From IMG/VR virus record IMGVR_UViG_2926068284_000002, positions 20,745-84,744 of that record: DNA of 64,000 bases; one strand, given 5' to 3'. The stretch comes from a virus. Its lineage: Duplodnaviria; Caudoviricetes. Made by a program: the position numbers and the translations under genes. Positions 56,198-64,000 of the stretch are shown in pieces. The notes beneath the pieces are model-generated. The model saw nothing but the letters and a program-made list of their open reading frames with translations, was not told the DNA's origin and ran no database searches. Within the stretch, counting starts at the first letter, position 1. Every line of letters begins with the position of its first letter.

Positions 56198-57067
56198 TTA
56201 CCGCATGCGGGTGACGGTGAGGGTGCCGTGCCTGCCGGATCCGGCGAGCACCTCGACGGTCAGGTCCGACTCGACCCGGGTGTACGTCTCTCCGTTGGCC
56301 CGGCGCTCTCCGAGTGTTTCGGCCGCGGCGAGCGCGTCGGCGATCCGCCCGGCAAGTACGGGGTCGAGGCGTGCGGACAGCCGAATGGGTCCGCCTTCGT
56401 CGCCTACTGCGAGTGCGAGCCGGTGGGGCCGGCGCCGGGGTCCGAGGTAGCCGACGACGAGGGCGTCTTCGGTGTCGGCGTGCCGGACCTTGAGCCACGC
56501 GCGCCGGTTCATCGGGTAGGGGGCTGCACCCTTCTTGACGACGATGCCCTCGATCCCCTGCTCCTGGAGGCCCTCGTACCAGGCGACGGCTACTGCACGG
56601 TCGTCGGTGGCGGGTACGGCTTGGATTGGGGGCGGGATGTCGTGGATGAGGTCTAGGAGCAGTTGCCGCCGCTCCGTGTAGGGGAGAGCGGTGGTCTGTC
56701 CTCGCGTGGGGTGTTCGAGGATGTCCCACACCAGGTAGGAGGCGGGGTGTTGTGTGGCGAGTGCCCGTGCGCGGCTGACGCTGGATGCGGCCCGTGATTG
56801 GGCGGCGGCAAAGTCGATGCGCCCGTCCTTCCAGATGACGGCTTCCCCGTCGAGTGTGGTGCCGGGCGGCAGGCCCATTCCGGCGACGGCGAGGTCCATC
56901 CAGTGGGCGGTGACGACCCGGCCTGAGCGCGCGTACAGGATGACGGTGTCCTCGGTGCGCCGGAGGATCATCCTGTGCCCGTCGGCCTTGGGCTCGTACC
57001 ACCAGCCGGGGCCATCAGGGATGGTGGGTACGGCTTGGGCGAGGGCGGGTCGGATGGGGTACTCCAC
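56198..57067 (-). CDS. ATP-dependent DNA ligase (LigC/LigD-type ligase domain)
   Basis: YEPKADGHR, LDGE, EGIVVK, WLKVR motifs. Confidence 0.9.
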   Translation of the reverse strand: MEYPIRPALAQAVPTIPDGPGWWYEPKADGHRMILRRTEDTVILYARSGRVVTAHWMDLAVAGMGLPPGTTLDGEAVIWKDGRIDFAAAQSRAASSVSRARALATQHPASYLVWDILEHPTRGQTTALPYTERRQLLLDLIHDIPPPIQAVPATDDRAVAVAWYEGLQEQGIEGIVVKKGAAPYPMNRRAWLKVRHADTEDALVVGYLGPRRRPHRLALAVGDEGGPIRLSARLDPVLAGRIADALAAAETLGERRANGETYTRVESDLTVEVLAGSGRHGTLTVTRMR

Positions 57068-57186
57068 GATCCGATCCTGCGCCGGGGTGGTGATGGCCGC
57101 GCGGTGAACTACTCCCTTTTCAAGCCAAGGGAAGTCTTGAGTTTCCAAGGATTGTCTTGAGTCTGGACCCCCGCTATGGTCTACCC

Positions 57187-57495
57187 ATGAGCAACGAACT
57201 CCCCGAACCGAACGGCACCTGCTGGTGCGGCTGCTCGGACACCCCCGGCTATGGCCGCTACTTCGCCCCCGGCCACGACAAGACCGCCGAGGCCGCATAC
57301 ATGGCCGTCCACCACGGCGGATCGGTCGCCCAGCTGCTGCACGACAAGGGCTTCGGACCGGGTGGCAAGGAGACCATCCGCGCGGCTGCCCTCGACCGTG
57401 GGGGCTGGGAGCTCTGCCCCCGGGGCTGTGGGTATGCCGGGGCCCCGGCCAGCATCCGTAACCACGTCAACCGACACCACGACAAGGAGAACTGA
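57187..57495 (+). CDS. Small Zn-binding protein
   Basis: CWCGC...FAPGHD; C..GC...NH...H. Confidence 0.7.
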   Translation: MSNELPEPNGTCWCGCSDTPGYGRYFAPGHDKTAEAAYMAVHHGGSVAQLLHDKGFGPGGKETIRAAALDRGGWELCPRGCGYAGAPASIRNHVNRHHDKEN

Positions 57496-57497
57496 CC

Positions 57498-57695
57498 ATG
57501 AGCGACCGGCTTGAATCCCGGCCGGGAGGCCACCCGCACCTGGACACGATCCTGGCCCACGGCGAGAGCCCCCGCCACCTCCTGATGGACCACCTGTGCC
57601 GCCCGGCCCGCCTCGACCGGGCACTCACCGAGACCTACGCGCGGCAGCTCATCAACGCCGTGATCACCGAAGCGAACCCCCAGGCCGAACAGTGA
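57498..57695 (+). CDS. Hypothetical protein
   Basis: aaggag RBS. Confidence 0.5.
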   Translation: MSDRLESRPGGHPHLDTILAHGESPRHLLMDHLCRPARLDRALTETYARQLINAVITEANPQAEQ

Positions 57696-57706
57696 GGACC
57701 ACAACC

Positions 57707-57982
57707 ATGGCAGACATTGACGAGGAGATCCCCGGGGCCACCGGTTCCCTGCGTGAGCGCATCGCCGACGTGATCGAGAACGAGGTACCCCCGAGTTACG
57801 TGACGCTGGCCACCGCGCGCACCGCTGAAGTCATCGATGCGTGGGAGGCCGAGGCCCGCGAACGAGCCCGGCTGGTCACGCACCAGATGTTCGCTGGGCT
57901 GATGCCGGGAAGGACCGGCGAGAACATGGCAGACGAAGTAGCCGATCGGGTATTGGCCGCGATCTGCTCTTCGGGGCAGTAG
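57707..57982 (+). CDS. Hypothetical protein
   Basis: gagga RBS; followed by a hairpin at 57991-58030. Confidence 0.55.
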   Translation: MADIDEEIPGATGSLRERIADVIENEVPPSYVTLATARTAEVIDAWEAEARERARLVTHQMFAGLMPGRTGENMADEVADRVLAAICSSGQ

Positions 57983-58416
57983 CCGCACAGCGCGACGCCC
58001 CGGCCAAGGTCTAGTTGGCCGGGGCGTCGCCGTGTCAGCGTATCGCCCACCCCGCCACCGCCTGCCCTGCCACACTGGGTCTGCCCCCGTCGCCTCCCCC
58101 GTCGATGGGGGCACACCGAGGAGGACACCGTGAACGACTGCGGCATCAGCGAGACGAACGACCCGCGCGTCCGGGTGCTCTGGGAACGGGAAGCCAAGAT
58201 CGTGACCCTGCACCTTGTAGTGGAGCCGACACCCGCGCCCCGGATCGCTACGACCCTGCCGACCTCGCCACGCCGGGGCTGATCGAGCCCGGGTTGTCAG
58301 TGCCCGGTCGTAGGCTTGTCACATCAACCCCCAGGGCCCACGGCCCGCGAACAAGGGGATTGCTCACCGCCCCCGCCTGGCTGCTCCCAGGACGGGGGCG
58401 GGGCTGCATCCTGGGG

Positions 58417-58614
58417 CTAGTCCGAGGGCGCGCCCAGTCGCTTCGCCAGCCGCTCGAACAGTGCGGCGGCGGCCTGCCTATCGGCCTCGGACGGTGACCC
58501 GTCGGCCCGTGCAACGCTGAGCGCCGCCCGCAGCTCGCGCTTCGTGAAGTACAGGGTGTATACCGCGTCCTCGTCGGCTTCGGCGGCAGCATGGGCCTCT
58601 GCGAAGGTCGTCAT
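58417..58614 (-). CDS. Small hypothetical protein
   Basis: 65-aa ORF with plausible composition. Confidence 0.45.
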   Translation of the reverse strand: MTTFAEAHAAAEADEDAVYTLYFTKRELRAALSVARADGSPSEADRQAAAALFERLAKRLGAPSD

Positions 58615-58648
58615 TACCCGCTAACGGCGCTACCAGCGGAAGGTCACC

Positions 58649-58885
58649 TCAGCCGTCCGAGGCTTCCTCCGGGTGCAGCACGGCCTTCTTCACCGCCTGC
58701 TCCAGCTTGGCCCGGTCCTGCTTCGGCTCCTCAGCGGCCTCAGCAGTCACCGCAGCCTGGAACACTGCTGCGGCCTCCATCCACGCCGCCCAGCCCTCCT
58801 GCGTGTACACCTCAGCCGTCGCCACACGCTCAGCCTCGACAGCAGCACGACACAGATCGATCAGGTTCTCACTCGGATTCGCCAC
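58649..58885 (-). CDS. Small hypothetical protein
   Basis: W..AAA.FQAAVT...R.KLEQAVKKAVLHP. Confidence 0.55.
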   Translation of the reverse strand: MANPSENLIDLCRAAVEAERVATAEVYTQEGWAAWMEAAAVFQAAVTAEAAEEPKQDRAKLEQAVKKAVLHPEEASDG

Positions 58886-58940
58886 GGCCGGAAGCCTAAA
58901 CGGCACCACTGACAACGACCGGTCTGCCATGCTGGTGAGA

Positions 58941-59106
58941 GCGGCATCCGGGTGCGAGACCCGGCCTTCACGCCTTGCGCTGTTTGAAAGGCGGCCCGAC
59001 TGCCCTAGCGGAGTCGGAGGACCCCTGTGCCGCAGTGGGCTGAACCCGCCCTCCATGGTGGGGTAGGCCCACGATCAAGGCCCCCACTCGTGGCGGGGGC
59101 CTCTTT
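58941..59106 (+). ncRNA. Candidate structured non-coding RNA
   Basis: Four-way junction (58941-59033), further stem 59035-59072, terminator 59078-59106; pairings read by eye. Confidence 0.45.
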
Positions 59107-59122
59107 CGTGGGAGGGAAGAAC

Positions 59123-59314
59123 ATGGCCTATGCAGACGATCCGCAACGTCTGGCGCGACTCCTGCGCGACTTGGCGAACGCACTGGAAGAGTCCGGGGTC
59201 AACCCGTCCGGGAGTAGCGACTCCCGGCATTTGATGGACGAAGCCCGAAGTGCAGCCCGAGAGCTCGACCCGGGAGACGGCCCGAAGAAGCGGGGACGCC
59301 TAGTCGGCTTCTAG
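59123..59314 (+). CDS. Small hypothetical protein
   Basis: ggaggg RBS; MAYADDPQRLARLL... Confidence 0.5.
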   Translation: MAYADDPQRLARLLRDLANALEESGVNPSGSSDSRHLMDEARSAARELDPGDGPKKRGRLVGF

Positions 59315-59411
59315 TCCGTCCTGCGCCCGCCCTCATACGCAGCGCGGGCGTTCGCTCGTCGGGATCTACTAGTCGAGCGATCGCTAGTAGATCTGCTGGT
59401 AGCAGTAGGAG

Positions 59412-59588
59412 TTACGCCGCTTCGGTGACGTCGCCGCGCACCGCCGCAGCCCACTCCACCAGCAGCTCCTCATACCGGCGGCGGGCCTCCACAGTCATCA
59501 ACCCGCCCGCCGACAGCAGACCCCGGATCTCCTCATTCACAGCCGACAGCGACCGGGCGCACGGCGGCTGGGCAGGAGGAGTCGGCAT
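59412..59588 (-). CDS. Small hypothetical protein (58 aa, not in ORF track)
   Basis: RSLSAVNEEIR.L...RRRYEELLVEWAAA. Confidence 0.55.
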   Translation of the reverse strand: MPTPPAQPPCARSLSAVNEEIRGLLSAGGLMTVEARRRYEELLVEWAAAVRGDVTEAA

Positions 59589-59597
59589 GCCCGAAGT

Positions 59598-60143
59598 CTA
59601 CGGGCGGCCACCGACAACCGCCTCGACCGCATCCAAAGCACGCGACCACGGGAACGCCTTCGCGTCGCCCTGCTTCGGCGGATGCGACTCATACCCGCCC
59701 GGCCCATCCAGATACACCACACCCTGCGCCCGCAGATCCGCGATGCTCCGAGCCACCGCCGGCTGCGCCCCCTGCGCCCGGTTGAAATACGGCATCGCCA
59801 GCACCGGCACCCCCAGATGCACGCCCTCCGACACCAACCCGAGCGCCACCGTGTCCGCGATCCCCGCCCCCCACTTGTTCAAGGACGTACACGACAACGG
59901 CGCCACCAGCATCGCGTCAGCCTTCGGCAACGCATCCCCCTCGCCCGGCAGCTTGTACCGTGACCGCACCCGGTGCCCCGTCAACGCCTCCAGCTCGCCC
60001 ATGCGCGGCTCCCACCACCGGGCAGCCGACGGGGTCAGGATCAGGCACACATCCCACCCACGGGCCTGCGCCAGGCGCACCCCTTTATCAACGTGTTCGG
60101 TGGGGCCGGCGGCACAGGCGATGAGGTACAGGACTCGGGTCAT
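59598..60143 (-). CDS. HFCD-family flavoprotein
   Basis: ILTPSA...ADAMLVAPLSCTSLNKWGAGIAD...MP. Confidence 0.88.
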   Translation of the reverse strand: MTRVLYLIACAAGPTEHVDKGVRLAQARGWDVCLILTPSAARWWEPRMGELEALTGHRVRSRYKLPGEGDALPKADAMLVAPLSCTSLNKWGAGIADTVALGLVSEGVHLGVPVLAMPYFNRAQGAQPAVARSIADLRAQGVVYLDGPGGYESHPPKQGDAKAFPWSRALDAVEAVVGGRP

Positions 60144-61351
60144 GCCTGGAGTCCACAGCGTGCGGCCAGTGCACGCAACTCCCCGCCTGGTTTGGCGGTT
60201 GCCCCGAGCACGTCCTTCACCAGGTTCACCGTGGCTGGCCTGCCCTTGAACTCCTCCGGCGCCAACCGGGCCGCCTTGGCGAGCGACTTGGCTGCGTCTT
60301 CCTTCCGCCGTGTCAAGAGCTGAGCGCGTGCCATCGTAATCAGGTGCCCGGCCTGCCGTTCCGCCTTGAGGCCCTGCACCGCACCACTGTCCAGGTCGTC
60401 GGCGGCTTCGAGGGCCGACCAGCCGTCCTCGAACCGGGCCAACACATCCACCCGGTGGAGGGTGACGTTCGTCGGCCCGAAGTTCGTCCAGTCCGCGTTG
60501 AGGTCTGCACCCTGCTGTCCGGCAACCTCCTGCGCCTGGTCGACGTGCTCCACAGCGTCCCGCACACGATCCGGGGTCCGCCCCATCGATGACGCCGAGA
60601 TCGCCGCCGACAGATACAGCATGCCCAGCGTCGACAAGCCGAGCGGCCCGGCCGCCGTCAGATCGGCGTGGAGACGACGCGCGGACCCTATGGCGAACTC
60701 CACCGCAGCAGCAGGCTGACGCTGGTTCGACAGGGACTTCGCGACCCGGCGGGACGCCGCCCCGATCGCCACCGGATCCCCCGCACGCTCAGCCGCCGCC
60801 AACGCCCGGTCCGCCACCACCGCAGCCGGCGCCGCGGCAGGCTGCCCGTACTTGTGGAGGAACGACGCGGCGAGCTGCAACACCCGGGAGTTCAGGACGT
60901 GGACCTCCTGCGCGCCCACCTCCGCCGCACCGGCAGCCCGGCTGGCACCGACGATCAGGTCCGGAAGGTCGCGGCCGAGCGCACCGTAGTGGCACGCCTG
61001 GAACGCCTCACAGCAGTAGGTGAGCCGACGGCGAAGAACATCGACGGGCAGCGCCGGAACCTCACCAACATCCCGGTAGAGGACGTCGATAACCGCGGCA
61101 GCCTCGGCTGGCGGGCGGGTGGCCGCATCCTCCTCCGGTGTGGAGTCGGTCAAGAGCTGCTCCAAGGGGATCCGCAGTGCCTCCGCCGCCCGGACGAGGA
61201 CAGACAGGCGCGGGTCCTGCTGCCGCTGCCCGCCCTCGAGATCCTGCACCCACCGGCGGGTCTGCCCCATGAGCCTGCCGAAGTCGGTCTGGGTGAAGCC
61301 CCGCCGGTCACGCCAGTACGCGATCCGGCGGCCGATGCGACCAGTGTCCAT
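60140..61351 (-). CDS. XRE-HTH regulator with helical (TPR-like) C-terminal domain
   Basis: GRRIAYWRDRRGFTQ...VQDLEGG; NFGPTNV motif. Confidence 0.85.
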   Translation of the reverse strand: MDTGRIGRRIAYWRDRRGFTQTDFGRLMGQTRRWVQDLEGGQRQQDPRLSVLVRAAEALRIPLEQLLTDSTPEEDAATRPPAEAAAVIDVLYRDVGEVPALPVDVLRRRLTYCCEAFQACHYGALGRDLPDLIVGASRAAGAAEVGAQEVHVLNSRVLQLAASFLHKYGQPAAAPAAVVADRALAAAERAGDPVAIGAASRRVAKSLSNQRQPAAAVEFAIGSARRLHADLTAAGPLGLSTLGMLYLSAAISASSMGRTPDRVRDAVEHVDQAQEVAGQQGADLNADWTNFGPTNVTLHRVDVLARFEDGWSALEAADDLDSGAVQGLKAERQAGHLITMARAQLLTRRKEDAAKSLAKAARLAPEEFKGRPATVNLVKDVLGATAKPGGELRALAARCGLQA

Positions 61352-61450
61352 GTGATGCCCCCGAGTAAGGCACGCAAAGTGCGTGCATCCCCCTGTTGTA
61401 CCGCGACCTACCGTGCAAACACAGCAGGTCGTCAACACCAAGGGGCAGCC

Positions 61451-61660
61451 GTGAGCACCAGAGCCTTACCACCCATCACCACCCTGACCGAGGCACAGCA
61501 GCGCGGCTGGGCATGCGTCTGGTGCCAGGCCGGGCTCGGCATCGGCCTCGGCGTCGACCTCGGGGAACAGCGGGTCCGGCCGGCCGACGGGGCGGCGTAC
61601 AGCTGGTTCCCGCGGCAGTGCCCGGACCCAGCTGCCTGCGAGCAGCGGGAGACGACGTGA
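61451..61660 (+). CDS. Small Zn-finger protein
   Basis: LTEAQQRGWACVWC...WFPRQC...C. Confidence 0.65.
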   Translation: MSTRALPPITTLTEAQQRGWACVWCQAGLGIGLGVDLGEQRVRPADGAAYSWFPRQCPDPAACEQRETT

Positions 61661-61839
61661 TCTGCGCCCGCTGCGACCAGCCCCTCGACCAGGCTGCGGC
61701 GGTCCGGCTCGACCGTTCGGACTCCATGTCCGGGGCCCGCCCTGACGAGTGGGCGCATCGAGTCGGGGATCCGGTGTGCCGCCCGTATCCGGCCAAGAGC
61801 TCGCCGCTCCGGGCTGCACTCCGGCATCACAAAAGGTAA
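61657..61839 (+). CDS. Small Zn-binding protein
   Basis: ICARCDQP...H...C; GTGA coupling. Confidence 0.55.
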   Translation: MICARCDQPLDQAAAVRLDRSDSMSGARPDEWAHRVGDPVCRPYPAKSSPLRAALRHHKR

Positions 61840-61984
61840 GGCCCGCCTTGCTCCTGGCCTGGAGTTATACGCGCGGTGACCCTGACGGACGGTTAGGTCA
61901 TGAGTTGCCGTCAGGCACTAGTTTTTCAGTCAAAAGTGAGCAAGGCTCGATACGCTGCTGACCCTCTGGTCAGTAGCTCGCCGA

Positions 61985-62221
61985 TCAGTTGAGGAGGTCC
62001 CGCACATGCACTCGAAGCGCACGCGAGATCTTCAGCAGGTGGCTGATCTTCGACTCTTCCCCGTACTCGATCCGCTGGATTGTGCTGCGGTCTATGCCGG
62101 CCGCTTCGGCGAGACGTTCCTGGGTCATGTCGAGGTGTATGCGCCGCACGCGAACCTGATCGCCGATCGCTCGTCGGGCATCGAGGATCCATTGGTCATC
62201 TGTGGGGGGCACGGGAGCCAC
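61985..62221 (-). CDS. Small XRE-family HTH regulator
   Basis: MTQERLAEAAGIDRSTIQRIE. Confidence 0.85.
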   Translation of the reverse strand: MAPVPPTDDQWILDARRAIGDQVRVRRIHLDMTQERLAEAAGIDRSTIQRIEYGEESKISHLLKISRALRVHVRDLLN

Positions 62222-62343
62222 GCTCCGCCGAAGATCATCTTATGTCCGCAGCAGTTTTGCGGCATTATTTGATCTTGCTCGCCCGACGGGTAGCCGGACT
62301 CGCTGCCTGCAGTTCCACTCAGCGGTAGAGTGGGCGGCTTTAA

Positions 62344-62359
62344 TCGAACTCGTGTTCCC
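62344..62359. promoter_or_regulatory. Possible actinobacterial LexA (SOS) box
   Basis: TCGAAC-TCGT-GTTCCC versus consensus TCGAAC-N4-GTTCGA. Confidence 0.4.
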
Positions 62360-62666
62360 GTTTGAGCTACCAGCGAGCCGCGACCGCGACCGTTGGGCAC
62401 ATCGCCGACCCCGGATCGTCAGTCCACACCCCCCAAGGTGCAGCGATCCGGGGTCGGTTCTATGTCATGGTGAACCGATGCTGCGACCCCGTGCGCGAGT
62501 TGCTGCCACTTCCGCCGTGGGGGAAGTGGGAGACACCTGGGAGATGATCATGGTGAGCATGGGCAAACTGGAGCTAACTAGGGCTGAACAATGGTGAGGC
62601 CCCAGCAGGGTGAAACCCAAGGGGCGCCTCGTCGCCAGCCATTACGCAATCGGAAGAGGTGGAGGG

Positions 62667-63107
62667 TTGAACATCCCTTTCTTGGACAACTGGCGTAAGC
62701 GCCAGGGTGGTACGCAGGGAGCCGCGCTCGCCGCCGCGGTCGAGGCCGACCCCGACGGGGTGGCCGAGCTGCTCGCCGAGTGCGAGCTGCTGCGTGTCCG
62801 GGCGGGGCAGCAAGGGCTCGAACTCGATGACAGCGTCGCCTCGTTGGACTCCCTGGACCAGTTGCCGCCGCGCTGGCGCGAGGACGCCGAGGAGCTTCCT
62901 TGGCTCGGCAACGACGCCGGGCTCTACCTGGGCACGGTGATCGTGCGGACCGTCCCCGGCGCCGCGTGGGACGTGTGGCCGAGCGGGCAGCCCGTGGTGC
63001 GGCTGGAGTCCGGCCGGGAGATCGACGTCGTCGCGGCCGGGCTGGACTGGGCCGTGTCCGGCAGCCCCGAGCTCTCCCAGATCTACGCGGAGTCGGCCGA
63101 GAACTGA
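62667..63107 (+). CDS. Host conserved protein (DUF6278-like)
   Basis: ggagg RBS with TTG start; NIPFLDNWRKR...GNDAGLYLG. Confidence 0.75.
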   Translation: MNIPFLDNWRKRQGGTQGAALAAAVEADPDGVAELLAECELLRVRAGQQGLELDDSVASLDSLDQLPPRWREDAEELPWLGNDAGLYLGTVIVRTVPGAAWDVWPSGQPVVRLESGREIDVVAAGLDWAVSGSPELSQIYAESAEN

Positions 63108-63256
63108 CCTCCCGCAGCGGGAAGCGGCCACGGAGTTCATCACCAAGAGAGATAAACAGCCTTATGCGCCATATACGCGTGTCGGGTGCGAAGTCCCTTT
63201 TCGCGATGGATAGTTTGCGCTGACCTCGACACAGCGACAAGTGGGTAGGGCAGCGC

Positions 63257-64000
<744 letters not shown>

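Larger units (their letters stand above)
1..62660. mobile_element. Temperate siphovirus-like prophage (right portion) carrying a TraB conjugation module
   Basis: Full virion morphogenesis and lysis gene set plus dense small phage-type ORFs up to about 62.2 kb, then housekeeping-type genes. Left end and integrase are outside the window; right boundary approximate. Confidence 0.9.

Noticed and set aside
58941-59034. Canonical tRNA gene
   Set aside because: No GTTCRA T-loop, D-loop consensus or 7-nt anticodon loop; kept only as a candidate ncRNA.

Overview
High-GC actinobacterial DNA, most likely Streptomyces (TraB/clt conjugation module, typical codon use). Positions 1 to about 62,660 appear to be the right-hand part of an intact-looking siphovirus-type prophage. 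It has terminase, portal, scaffold, capsid, a tail with a -1 frameshift chaperone, a tape measure with M23 and lytic transglycosylase domains, two GDPD tail proteins and a lysis cassette. The left end, integrase and replication genes are not in the window. Host genes (a DUF6278-like gene and an amino-acid ABC ATPase) follow at the right edge. The most unusual feature is a complete Streptomyces plasmid/AICE-type conjugation module at about 4.6-13.3 kb: Nudix/Pif-like genes, RapZ-C, Spd-like, TraA, TraB, a phased CTGACACC clt array and a stand-alone copy of the TraB DNA-recognition domain. This suggests a phage-conjugative hybrid. Other points of note: an Aca2-like operon with operator and leader hairpins, split divergent head genes sharing a motif with the lysis promoter, a candidate structured ncRNA, two HEPN-motif morons and a resolvase plus Zn-ribbon/GIY-YIG cassette. 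All family calls are motif recognition by eye; no database searches were run.
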